Positions 28,796-38,195 are shown, numbered from the stretch's first letter. The stretch is DNA of 64,000 nucleotides from Candidatus Saccharimonadota bacterium (GCA_017536895.1 JAFWCN010000001.1:13943-77942); one strand, 5' to 3'. Numbers and translations: made by a program. Notes: generated by a model not told the origin, from the sequence alone.

Positions 28796-30904
28796 GTGGA
28801 GAATATCAACAATGTACCTACAATTGGCGAGAATGAAGATTCCTCCAAAAAAAATATTAAGGAAAAAATTGGTTCCACGGCTTTATCAGAAAAAACCAAA
28901 AACGAGTCAAACTCCAACATAGTAGAGAACTCAGAGCAATCTGGCAAACGAAAAGCCGAAAGGTTTATCAATCAACATCGCCGAGAGTTTAGTATTTTCG
29001 CTAGGGACCCTTCACTAAATTACATAACATCGCCGAACGCCGAGACATTCATGTTTGATGCGGGCAGTATCCAGGTAATTTTCCCAGAGCAATGGTTTAA
29101 AGAAGATGATTATTCAGAAGAAGAAAAGCTGTTCTCATCATATCACGAACTGTCACATTTCACAGATATGCGAGAAAACCCAGAAGTATTTTTAGATAAC
29201 TTCGCTCAAATGGGAAGAGACGCAGATTCATTAGCTAAAGAATGGCTAAAAAAACATCCAAATAGAGCACCTCAAGCGGCAGTTGCCAGTGTTTATCGCA
29301 AAGAACTGCACGACCTATATAATTGCCTTGATGATATCTATGTTAATAATATTGTTTATGATCGCAGTCCACGTTTTGCGAAAGGTAGCGACGATTACGA
29401 AGACGTCATCTCTCTTTATAAAAAACTTGGCTTCGAAGAAGCCGACTTAACCAATATCCCGCTACATCTCCAGATGTCATATTCTTTACTACGAGATGAA
29501 ATGTTAGGAGATGTTTGCGGCAAAAGCATTGTAGATGACAAAGTCAATGATGCGTTGTCTAAGGTTGTTTTAGGTCAAACCATACCCGAAGCAGTAGACT
29601 CTAGATTAAAGCCCATACCAGGAACCTCTTTAGTAGACCCGAAAGAAAGATACGATTTTATCCGTCATTTTATCCAACCTCAGTTTATAGAATTATTAGA
29701 GGAGGCATTAGAAGAAGCATTGGATGAAGAGCCAGATCGATCACAACAAAACCAACAAACCAAACAACAGGGTCAAGGAGAAGAAACAGAATTTGATCCA
29801 TTTGGAGATTTCAGAAATAACTCACGCTTCCGTGATTTCTTAGACAACGACGAAGAAAACATCGAGAAATCACTCCACGAATGGAAAGAACAAAAAGATA
29901 TTGAAAACATGTCTGACGAAGAGCGCAGAAAATATGAAGAAGAAAAAAGAACTAAAGAGTTTGATGATAAACATGGCATCACTGAAGAAGAGCGCAAAGA
30001 AAACACTCGCCTTCAAAACGAAATCAAAGAAGCGCGCAACGAAATGCGTAAGTTTTGGAGAAATCTCGTTGGTAAATCTGTAGAATATCGCAAAAATAAG
30101 GTAAAATACCAACGCAAAGGTCGCTTCAATGTCTCTAGTTATATTGACAGGTATGCCGAAACGGAAGAACGAAAAGCTCAAGGTAATCTTCGCACAGCAG
30201 AAGTTTATGATCGCAATGAAATGAAACGAACGATAGTAGATCAGCCAGAAACAATTGATATCTCCCTATTAGTGGACTGCTCAGTCTCTATGTGGGGTGA
30301 AAAGGAAGAAATGGCTAAACAAACCGCAGCTCTACTTATGTATTCAATCAAAGACTTCAATCATGAGCTAGATCGTGAGCGCTACAAAACCGGCTCTAAA
30401 CTTCGTGCCAACACACAAGTTATTGCCTTTTCATCTGACGATAGAGAGATTAAAGGTTTTGAACGGAAAAATGGTCGAAATGCTGGCGCAAATGACACAG
30501 AGATTATTAAAACATTTTCTAAACTAGATAAGTTTAAAAGAGGTGGAACAAACGACGAGGCTCCATTACAAAAAATACAATCTAGTTTGTCTGCTGACGA
30601 TTTACAAAGGATTAAAGACAAAAAACTCAAAAAGATTATTTTTGAAATCACAGATGGAGCTTCACAATACGAAACTGGCGCCAGCAGAGTAATCAAACAA
30701 CTTGCTGGTGAAGGTGTTTTGACGGTTGGTTTTCAAATTGGTAATGTTGATGAACATGAGCGTGAGTTATTTGAAAGAATCTGGAATAATGACGAAGCAA
30801 AACAAAATGGCGCTAAAGGAATATATATTGGCAATAATCTTTCAGACTTGCCTACAAAACTAATGGAAGAGTTATCTGACTCCTTGAATGACATCATTAT
30901 CTAA
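28796..30904 (+). CDS. vWA (MIDAS) domain protein with N-terminal HExxH metallopeptidase-like motif
   Basis: YHELSH, NCLDDIYVN, acidic Q/E linker, LLVDCSVSM, GGTND, ITDG. Confidence 0.8.
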   Translation: MENINNVPTIGENEDSSKKNIKEKIGSTALSEKTKNESNSNIVENSEQSGKRKAERFINQHRREFSIFARDPSLNYITSPNAETFMFDAGSIQVIFPEQWFKEDDYSEEEKLFSSYHELSHFTDMRENPEVFLDNFAQMGRDADSLAKEWLKKHPNRAPQAAVASVYRKELHDLYNCLDDIYVNNIVYDRSPRFAKGSDDYEDVISLYKKLGFEEADLTNIPLHLQMSYSLLRDEMLGDVCGKSIVDDKVNDALSKVVLGQTIPEAVDSRLKPIPGTSLVDPKERYDFIRHFIQPQFIELLEEALEEALDEEPDRSQQNQQTKQQGQGEETEFDPFGDFRNNSRFRDFLDNDEENIEKSLHEWKEQKDIENMSDEERRKYEEEKRTKEFDDKHGITEEERKENTRLQNEIKEARNEMRKFWRNLVGKSVEYRKNKVKYQRKGRFNVSSYIDRYAETEERKAQGNLRTAEVYDRNEMKRTIVDQPETIDISLLVDCSVSMWGEKEEMAKQTAALLMYSIKDFNHELDRERYKTGSKLRANTQVIAFSSDDREIKGFERKNGRNAGANDTEIIKTFSKLDKFKRGGTNDEAPLQKIQSSLSADDLQRIKDKKLKKIIFEITDGASQYETGASRVIKQLAGEGVLTVGFQIGNVDEHERELFERIWNNDEAKQNGAKGIYIGNNLSDLPTKLMEELSDSLNDIII

Positions 30905-30937
30905 GACACTTTAGCGAAATATGGTACAATATGGCTA

Positions 30938-31627
30938 ATGTTAGAGTTAAAGGATATTAGTTGTAGTGTCAAAGGTGGGTCTAGGGGCAAAATCCTAGAC
31001 CATATTTCGCTCCGTATCAAAAAAGGTAGCTTCACGGTTATCACCGGTCCCAACGGCAGTGGCAAATCCACTCTCGCCGATATTATTATGGGCATCAAAA
31101 CTCCCACTACTGGTAAAATCTTTCTAGAGAGTAGAGACATCACAAACCAAACTATCACCGAACGCGCTGAGGATATCGCCTACTCTTTTCAACAACCAGT
31201 CAAATTTAAAGGCATCACCGTTTACGACCTTCTAAATATCGCCAGCGGAGAATTAATCGCACCCGAAGAAGCTAGCAAACATCTAAAAAAAGTCGGCCTA
31301 AATCCCGAGGATTATCTCACAAGGGAGATTAACGACAAACTTTCTGGTGGGGAATTAAAGCGTATCGAAATCGCCTCCGTGCTCGCCCGTCCTGCTAAAC
31401 TCTTCATTTTTGACGAGCCCGAAGCCGGTATCGACCTCTGGAGTTTTGATAATCTCATCAAGATTTTTAAAAAGCTAAAAAAAGAGCAAAAAACCATCAT
31501 CATTATCTCTCACCAAGAAAAAATTCTAAAACTCGCTGACGAAATCATCATCCTTGAAAAAGGAAAGATTAAATCAAAAGGCACTCCGAGTGAAATCCTG
31601 CCACAAATCAAAGGAGCCAAACCATGA
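30938..31627 (+). CDS. sufC: SufC/SmsC-like ABC ATPase
   Basis: GPNGSGKST, LSGGELKRIE, IFDEPEAGID; upstream of a SufB-like gene. Confidence 0.85.
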   Translation: MLELKDISCSVKGGSRGKILDHISLRIKKGSFTVITGPNGSGKSTLADIIMGIKTPTTGKIFLESRDITNQTITERAEDIAYSFQQPVKFKGITVYDLLNIASGELIAPEEASKHLKKVGLNPEDYLTREINDKLSGGELKRIEIASVLARPAKLFIFDEPEAGIDLWSFDNLIKIFKKLKKEQKTIIIISHQEKILKLADEIIILEKGKIKSKGTPSEILPQIKGAKP

Positions 31628-32646
31628 ACCTAACCGATGAAGAGAAACAGATCTTCTGTGAAGTACTAGCCGAAAATGATATTTTGAGGGAATCCGGAGC
31701 CTGGCAAGGCGAGGACGAGCGCGCGAGCCCCGTGGCGACGGGCGCGAGCGACGCGGCCCGAAAAAGATCATTTCGGCTAGCCTACAAAGGAGCCTACAAC
31801 TTTCGCGTTAACGGCAAATCTGTCGGCCGAAACTCCACCAAAAACATCGATGTGAAACCTAAAACCGACAGATCCGGCCTCGACATCACTATCAAACCAG
31901 GCACCAAAAACGAACAAGTCCACATTCCCGTCGCCATCAGTGCCACTGGTATCAAAGAAGCAGTTTATAACGATTTTTACATTGGCGATAACGCCGAGGT
32001 TACCATCATCGCCGGCTGCGGTATCTATAATTGTGGCCCTACCGACTCAGTCCACGACGGCATCCATCGTTTTTACGTTGGCAAGAATGCCAAAATCAAA
32101 TACATCGAAAAGCACTACGGTTTTGGTCCCGGTAGGGGAGGAAAGATCCTTAACCCCGTCACCGAAGTGCATTTACAAGAAAACTCCGAAGCTAGTCTAG
32201 AACTCGAACAAATCAAAGGCGTCGACTCCACTATCCGCAAAACTACTGCCGATCTCGATAAAAACACTAAACTCATCGTCAAAGAACGCCTATTCACTCA
32301 CGGACGTCAAACTGCCGAATCAATCTACGAAGTAGCATTAAACGGCAAAGATTCCACCACCGACATCGCCTCTCGTTCCATCGCGCAAGATTTATCCAAA
32401 CAATCTTTCAAAGCCACCATCATCGGCAACAACAAATGCCGTGGTCACTCCGAGTGCGATGCCATCCTCATGGACGAAGCCGAGGTTCATGCTATCCCCG
32501 CGCTAGATGCTAAAACCAAAGATGCCGAACTAATCCACGAAGCCGCCATCGGCAAAATCGCGAGCGACCAAATCAAAAAGTTAATGACCCTCGGCCTCAC
32601 CAAAAAACAAGCCGAGTCAAAAATCATCAACGGCTTTCTTCATTAA
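31624..32646 (+). CDS. sufB: SufB/SufD (SmsB-like) Fe-S scaffold with an in-frame palindromic insertion
   Basis: IIAGCG, YIEKHYG, SECDAIL, IHEAAIGKI..LMTLGL..IINGFL. Confidence 0.85.
   Translation: MNLTDEEKQIFCEVLAENDILRESGAWQGEDERASPVATGASDAARKRSFRLAYKGAYNFRVNGKSVGRNSTKNIDVKPKTDRSGLDITIKPGTKNEQVHIPVAISATGIKEAVYNDFYIGDNAEVTIIAGCGIYNCGPTDSVHDGIHRFYVGKNAKIKYIEKHYGFGPGRGGKILNPVTEVHLQENSEASLELEQIKGVDSTIRKTTADLDKNTKLIVKERLFTHGRQTAESIYEVALNGKDSTTDIASRSIAQDLSKQSFKATIIGNNKCRGHSECDAILMDEAEVHAIPALDAKTKDAELIHEAAIGKIASDQIKKLMTLGLTKKQAESKIINGFLH
31666..31780. repeat. In-frame palindromic element C (sufB)
   Basis: Arms CTAGCCGAAAATGAT / ATCATTTCGGCTAG; core GCGAGCCCCGTGGCGACGGGCGCGAGCGACGCGGCCC. Confidence 0.88.
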
Positions 32647-32675
32647 AAATTTACAAAAATTAAGCATAAAAAGTC

Positions 32676-32729
32676 TTGCAATTCCATATTTAGTGTTGTA
32701 TACTGGATACCAGACACCAAATATAGCGT
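32676..32729 (+). promoter_or_regulatory. nrdDG promoter with tandem NrdR boxes
   Basis: TTGCAA-17-TATACT; 16-mers ATTCCATATTTAGTGT (32681) and ACACCAAATATAGCGT (32714) keep the core C4/A6/A8/T9/T11/G13 of the NrdR box; 33 bp apart. Confidence 0.75.
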
Positions 32730-32766
32730 CATACATAAAAATTTGAACAAACTAAAAGGAGGTAAA

Positions 32767-34965
32767 ATGTTCAAAAGAATCGTCAAAAGAGACGGCAAAA
32801 TCGTAAAATTTGATCCCGAAAAAATCACCGAGGCCATCGCGAAAGCTGGTCTTGCTACCGAAGAATTCAAATACGACCGAGCCAAAGCCTTAACCGACAA
32901 AGTCATCAACCGTGCCGACGAAGAGATTACTACTCGTACTCCTAACGTCGAACAAATCCAAGACATCGTCGAAGAAGTTTTGATGGAATCCAGTTTTAAG
33001 AAGACTGCTAGGGAATACATCCGCTATCGTCAAGAACGCTCTCGTCGTCGCGAAGCTAAATCTGATCTTATGATGATTTATCGTACGATTAGCCATGCTG
33101 ACGCTTCTGAGGATTCTGACGTCAAAAGGAGCAATGCTAACGTCGATGGTAATTCTGCCATGGGTAAAATGCTTCAATTTGGCGCGGAAGGCTCCAAAGT
33201 CTTCGCAAAATCATTATTGCTTCGTCCTGACATTGCCGCCGCCCATGACAATGGCGACATTCATATTCACGACCTAGATTTTTATGCTACTGGTACTTTG
33301 ACTTGTTGTCAGTCCGACCCATTCGTATTGTTTGAAAATGGCGGATTTAACACCGGCCACGGTCACCTTCGCACTCCGAACTCTATTGGCTCTTATGGCG
33401 CTCTCGCTGCCATCCTCCTTCAAGCCAATCAGAACGAACAACATGGTGGTCAATCCATCCCGAATTTTGATTATGCTATGGCTCCGGGCGTCAATAAATC
33501 ATTTAGAAAAGCCTTAAAGCGCAACCTCAAAAAATACAACAAATTCGCCGGTAAGAAACTTGACCTCGAAGTCAAAGACACTTACGAATATGGCAATGAC
33601 GATAAATTGAAAAAGGCAAAATGGCCAAAGGAAGTCATCGAGGCTTCAAACGAGGACGTCGAGCGTGAAACTCTCCAAGCCATGGAAGGCTTCGTCCACA
33701 ACCTCAACACCATGCATTCTCGCGCCGGTGCTCAGGTGCCATTTACCTCAATTAACTTCGGTACCGATACCAGTCCAGCTGGCCGACTAGTTTCAAAAGA
33801 TTTGCTTGAAGCTACCGCCAATGGTCTCGGCAAGGGCGAAACTCCAATCTTCCCAATTAGTATCTTCAAGGTCAAAGAAGGCGTCAACTACAATCCAGAA
33901 GATCCAAACTACGACCTCTTCAAGCGTTCGATGGAAGTTTCTGCTAAGCGCTTGTTCCCGAACTTCTGTTTTATCGATGCTCCATATAATCTCAAATACT
34001 ACAAAAAGGGTGACTATCGCACCGAGATTGCTACCATGGGTTGTCGCACGCGTGTTTTTGCCAGTATCTTCCCAGAATCCGATGGTATCGTCACTGGCCG
34101 CGGTAACTTATCTTTCACCACTATTAACCTAGTCCGTATCGGCATCAAACACGGTATTTGTTTGAAAGAGCGCAAAGAAGCCGACTGGGATGGATTTTAC
34201 CACGAATTAGACGAAAAGCTTGAGCTCGTCAAAGATGAACTCTTAGAACGTTTTGAATTCCAAGCTAATCAGCACGTCCGCAACTTCCCATTTCTCATGG
34301 GGCAAGGGAACTGGTTTGGCTCCGAGAAGCTCGGCTGGAATGATACATTAAGAGATGTCATCAAACACGGCACTCTGTCTATCGGCTTTATCGGTCTCGC
34401 CGAGACACTAGTCGCTATGACCGGCAAACACCACGGCGAAGACGAAGAAGCTCGCGAACTTGGTCTCGACATCGTCAGCCATATGCGTGAGAAGTGTGAC
34501 GGTTTCAGCAAGAAATATAAACTCAACTTCAGCCTTCTTGCTACTCCAGCTGAAGGTATCGCTGGTCGCTTTACCAAGATTGACCGCAAAGAATTTGGCA
34601 AAATCAAAGGCGTCACCGATAGGGAATTCTATACCAATTCCTTCCATGTGCCAGTTTATTACCCAATCAGCGCTTTCGAGAAAATCGAAATTGAAGCTCC
34701 ATATCACAATCTCTGTAATGCGGGCCATATTACCTATATCGAACTAGATGGTGACCCATCACAAAATATCGCTGCCTTTGAATCAGTCATCCGTAAAATG
34801 CACGACGAAGGTATCGGTTATGGTTCCGTTAACCATCCAGTTGACCGCGACCCAATCTGTGGCTTCTCCGGTATCATCACCGGTGACCGTTGTCCACACT
34901 GTGGCCGCCTCGAAGGTGATGTCCCGTTCGAGAAAGTATGTAATTGTGCGAAAGGTAATGCATAA
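32767..34965 (+). CDS. nrdD: Class III (anaerobic) ribonucleoside-triphosphate reductase, lacking the glycyl-radical tail
   Basis: ATP-cone, HIHDLDFY, TCCQ, HNLNTMHSRAGAQVPF, TMGCRTR, GRGNLSF, ATPAEG, YTNSFH. Confidence 0.93.
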   Translation: MFKRIVKRDGKIVKFDPEKITEAIAKAGLATEEFKYDRAKALTDKVINRADEEITTRTPNVEQIQDIVEEVLMESSFKKTAREYIRYRQERSRRREAKSDLMMIYRTISHADASEDSDVKRSNANVDGNSAMGKMLQFGAEGSKVFAKSLLLRPDIAAAHDNGDIHIHDLDFYATGTLTCCQSDPFVLFENGGFNTGHGHLRTPNSIGSYGALAAILLQANQNEQHGGQSIPNFDYAMAPGVNKSFRKALKRNLKKYNKFAGKKLDLEVKDTYEYGNDDKLKKAKWPKEVIEASNEDVERETLQAMEGFVHNLNTMHSRAGAQVPFTSINFGTDTSPAGRLVSKDLLEATANGLGKGETPIFPISIFKVKEGVNYNPEDPNYDLFKRSMEVSAKRLFPNFCFIDAPYNLKYYKKGDYRTEIATMGCRTRVFASIFPESDGIVTGRGNLSFTTINLVRIGIKHGICLKERKEADWDGFYHELDEKLELVKDELLERFEFQANQHVRNFPFLMGQGNWFGSEKLGWNDTLRDVIKHGTLSIGFIGLAETLVAMTGKHHGEDEEARELGLDIVSHMREKCDGFSKKYKLNFSLLATPAEGIAGRFTKIDRKEFGKIKGVTDREFYTNSFHVPVYYPISAFEKIEIEAPYHNLCNAGHITYIELDGDPSQNIAAFESVIRKMHDEGIGYGSVNHPVDRDPICGFSGIITGDRCPHCGRLEGDVPFEKVCNCAKGNA

Positions 34966-35612
34966 TGGAGCTTGGCAAAAATCGGTCTGGGGCATTTCGG
35001 AGCGCGGCAGCGCGAGAATTAGCGCGCGAGCCCCGTGGCGACGGGCGCGAGCGACGCGGCCCCAGACCGAATTTTGCAAGCTCTCTTGATAGGATTTCCC
35101 GTCAGTTAGATACCCCCGAGGGTTACATTCGTTTGAGTGGGCCCTTGGAGCACGACAACATCGTCAACGGCGACGGTCTTCGCGCTGTCCTCTGGACCCA
35201 AGGCTGTCCTAACCACTGTCCCGGTTGCCAAAATCCCGAAACATGGGACTATGAATCCGGCTATCTCGCAAAAATTGACGACCTTAAGGAAGAACTAAAA
35301 ACTTTCAAAGGTCAAGCCGGTCTCACCTTCTGTGGCGGGGAACCATTTGTTCAGGCTAAGGCCTGTAAGGAAATTGCCGACTGGTGTCATGAGGAATTAG
35401 GTTGGAATATTTGGAGCTTCTCCGGCTTTACTTATGAAACCATCAAAGAATACGGTAGAGAACCTTGGGAATTTCTTAAGTCACTTGATGCTTTGATTGA
35501 CGGTCCTTTCATTTTATCACAGCGTGATTTAAGCCTCAAATATCGTGGCTCCAAGAATCAACGTCTCCTACATCTAGAACGAAGTAAAGGAAAAATTTTA
35601 TCAATTGAATAA
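34965..35612 (+). CDS. nrdG: Anaerobic RNR activating radical-SAM enzyme with N-terminal palindromic insertion
   Basis: QGCPNHCPGCQNPETW (CxxxCxxC), GLTFCGGEPF, RGSKNQR. Confidence 0.93.
   Translation: MELGKNRSGAFRSAAARELAREPRGDGRERRGPRPNFASSLDRISRQLDTPEGYIRLSGPLEHDNIVNGDGLRAVLWTQGCPNHCPGCQNPETWDYESGYLAKIDDLKEELKTFKGQAGLTFCGGEPFVQAKACKEIADWCHEELGWNIWSFSGFTYETIKEYGREPWEFLKSLDALIDGPFILSQRDLSLKYRGSKNQRLLHLERSKGKILSIE
34968..35083. repeat. In-frame palindromic element D (nrdG)
   Basis: Arms GAGCTTGGCAAAAATCGGTCTGGGGC / GCCCCAGACCGAATTTTGCAAGCTC; core identical to element C over about 38 bp. Confidence 0.9.
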
Positions 35613-35646
35613 TATTTGATATAATAAAAGTAAATGTGGAGGAATT

Positions 35647-36507
35647 ATGGAAAACGAAAATACTAATGCATTCACCGTTACGCCGATGAACCAAGAAATA
35701 TCTTTGGCTCCAGGCGAAGTCTACGAAGGCTCAATCACTGTTATCAACCCTTCCTATGCCAAAGAGGACTTTTCTTACAAAGTTGAAGTTACCCCATACG
35801 GCGTGAGTGGAGAAGAATACACCGCCGATCTCCTCAGCGAATCCGATCGTACGGCCATCTCAAAATGGATTAAAATTGCTGAACCTACTGGGGAGATTAA
35901 GCCTAACGAATCAAAGAAAATCAATTTCACAATTACTGTTCCAGAGAATGTTCCGGCTGGTGGTCAGTATGCCACCATCGCTGTCTCCTCCAATAAAGAC
36001 GCTACAGACTCAAATGGAGTATCCGTTCAAAATGTCTTTGAAATAGCCAGTATTATTTACGCTAAAGTTGCTGGTGAGACTGTCCACGACGGTGAAATTA
36101 AGGAAAACAATGTTCCATCGTTCGTTCTCAGCAAGCCAGTCATTATTTCCGCTCTTATGACCAACAACGGTAACGTCCATGAAACCGCCACCTTTACTAT
36201 CACCGTGTCAGATTTCTTTACTGGTAATGTAATTCTGCCGACCGAGGAAAACACTGGCATCTACTCTGAAATCGTTATGCCAGAGACTACTCGTTATACC
36301 GAACGCGAAGTTAGTAACCTCCCGGACCTCGGAGTAGTCAAAGTCACTCAGACCATCAACTACAACGGCCAAACCTCTACCGTAGAAAAGAATATTATTA
36401 TTTGTCCAATTTGGTTCTTGGTCTTAATTTGTCTCACTCTTGCTGCGATTATCACGACTATTGTTGTGCTCATTAGGAAGCACCACCACAAAAAAGTTGT
36501 TGTATAA
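35647..36507 (+). CDS. Beta-rich cell-surface protein with C-terminal TM anchor (DUF916/DUF3324-like)
   Basis: Ig-like strands, VPAGGQYATI, NNGNVH, C-terminal hydrophobic helix and RKHHHKK. Confidence 0.65.
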   Translation: MENENTNAFTVTPMNQEISLAPGEVYEGSITVINPSYAKEDFSYKVEVTPYGVSGEEYTADLLSESDRTAISKWIKIAEPTGEIKPNESKKINFTITVPENVPAGGQYATIAVSSNKDATDSNGVSVQNVFEIASIIYAKVAGETVHDGEIKENNVPSFVLSKPVIISALMTNNGNVHETATFTITVSDFFTGNVILPTEENTGIYSEIVMPETTRYTEREVSNLPDLGVVKVTQTINYNGQTSTVEKNIIICPIWFLVLICLTLAAIITTIVVLIRKHHHKKVVV

Positions 36508-36514
36508 TAGATAT

Positions 36515-38023
36515 ATGACCAAACAAACTACCTCAGGTTCAGAACGTATTGAACGGGCTGTTGAAATGGCGAAAAAAGCTCATGCGGGGCAATCTCGTAA
36601 AACTGGTGAACCCTACATTATTCATCCGCTTGCAGTCAAGAAAATCCTCGAAGAATGGGGTATGGATGAAGATACTATCATTGCCGGAATACTCCACGAT
36701 ACCGTCGAAGACACCAGCCTTTCACTCGATGATATCAAAAAAGAGTTCGGCTCTTCGGTTGCTTTTTTGGTTGACGGCGTGACCAAGCTGTCTACTGCTC
36801 GTAATGGTATGCGCGACATCGATACCTATCTTCCAGCTACCAGGGACAACTTCCTCAGATTAATGATTGCGCTAGGCGATGATATCCGAGTTCTCATCAT
36901 CAAACTTGCCGATCGCCTTCATAATCTTCGCACTCTTTCCGCTCTTCCTCCCGAGAAGCAAAAGAAAATCGCCAAAGAATCCCTTGAAGTATTCGCTCCG
37001 CTCGCCGACCGACTTAACATGGGGTTACTTCGCGTTGAAATGGCGGACCTCGCCTTTAAGTACGTTGACCCTAAACGCTTTGATGAGCTAAAAACACTAA
37101 TTGAAAAATACAATAAAGCCGCCGAAAAAACTCTTACCAAAATCAAAGCTGAAATTTCTGCTGCTCTAAAAAAAGAGAAAATCGAGTTTTCTATCTCTGG
37201 TCGCGTGAAGTCAGTTTACTCGCTTCACAAGAAACTCGCCAAACACAATCAAAACATCAACGAAATCTATGATTTGACCGCTTTAAGAATCATCGTGAAC
37301 GATATCACAGATTGTTATCTGACTCTCGGTATCATCCATTCGCTCTATATGCCAATGAACGGCCGCATCAAGGATTATATCGCAATGCCAAAACAAAACG
37401 GTTACCAATCGCTTCACACTACGGTCATTACCAAAGATAAGAAAATCGTTGAAATCCAGATTCGCACCAAAGAAATGCATGAATATGCCGAACATGGGTT
37501 AGCGGCTAGCTTCTATTATAATGAACAAAAGCTCACTGAAAACTACAAAAAAGGGAAGATTGAGCATTTGCCTACTAACCTCCTCTGGATTTCCGAACTC
37601 CAAATGACTGCAGCGAAGCTACGCGAAGGTAAAAAAGTAGACCTCAAAAAGCTCAAACTCAACCTCTTTGCCGATAAAATATTTGTCTATACTCCTAAAG
37701 GCGATATTATCGATCTCCCAGCTGGTGCCATGCCACTTGATTTTGCTTATCGTCTCCATTCAGAAATTGGCGATCACGTCGTTGGCGTAAAAATTAACGG
37801 CAAGATGAGTAACCTGAACAAAAAATTAGAACAGGGCGATGTCGTTGAGATCCTCACCTCTAAAAATCAGACCCCAAAACAAACTTGGCTCGATAAAATA
37901 TTTACTCCACACGCTCGTGCTAAACTAATGCGAGCCTTGAATATATCAGCTCGTACTGCCGCCGGCGAGACTATCGAACGCCCAAAAAAGAAACGAAAAC
38001 CCCGCAAAGACACTAATTCTTGA
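36515..38023 (+). CDS. rel: RelA/SpoT homolog (HD + synthetase + TGS)
   Basis: PYIIHP, ILHDTVEDT, IKLADRLHN, GRVKS, PKQNGYQSLHT, EIQIRT, TPKG..DFAY. Confidence 0.93.
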   Translation: MTKQTTSGSERIERAVEMAKKAHAGQSRKTGEPYIIHPLAVKKILEEWGMDEDTIIAGILHDTVEDTSLSLDDIKKEFGSSVAFLVDGVTKLSTARNGMRDIDTYLPATRDNFLRLMIALGDDIRVLIIKLADRLHNLRTLSALPPEKQKKIAKESLEVFAPLADRLNMGLLRVEMADLAFKYVDPKRFDELKTLIEKYNKAAEKTLTKIKAEISAALKKEKIEFSISGRVKSVYSLHKKLAKHNQNINEIYDLTALRIIVNDITDCYLTLGIIHSLYMPMNGRIKDYIAMPKQNGYQSLHTTVITKDKKIVEIQIRTKEMHEYAEHGLAASFYYNEQKLTENYKKGKIEHLPTNLLWISELQMTAAKLREGKKVDLKKLKLNLFADKIFVYTPKGDIIDLPAGAMPLDFAYRLHSEIGDHVVGVKINGKMSNLNKKLEQGDVVEILTSKNQTPKQTWLDKIFTPHARAKLMRALNISARTAAGETIERPKKKRKPRKDTNS

Positions 38024-38120
38024 ATAGAATCCGCTAGATTGGTGGTTTGTTTGCGTGAAGCGCTACTATTTATAGAGCAAGCGCAAAAAACCGCCAAGAT
38101 AGCGGATTCTAACAAGAATT
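38015..38120. repeat. Palindromic element abutting the tRNA-Thr 3' end
   Basis: AATTCTTG..AGAATCCGCTA / TAGCGGATTCT..CAAGAATT; homologous to 54422-54530. Confidence 0.85.
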
Positions 38121-38195
38121 GGAGCCGTTGACTGGGCTTGAACCAGCGACCTGCTCGTTACGAATGAGCTGCTCTACCAACTGAGCTACAACGGC
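38120..38195 (-). tRNA. tRNA-Thr (CGT)
   Basis: Reverse complement GCCGTTGTAGCTCAGTTGG..CTCATTCGTAACGAG..GGTTCAAGCC..CAACGGCTCCA. Confidence 0.95.

Noticed and set aside
20319-30904. Integrase-bounded island from tRNA-Val(CAC) to the vWA gene
   Set aside because: No duplicated tRNA 3' end or integrase found, so boundaries cannot be supported
34748-35089. Alternative-frame ORF spanning the nrdD end as a frameshifted glycyl-radical tail
   Set aside because: Its translation contains no RxxGY motif
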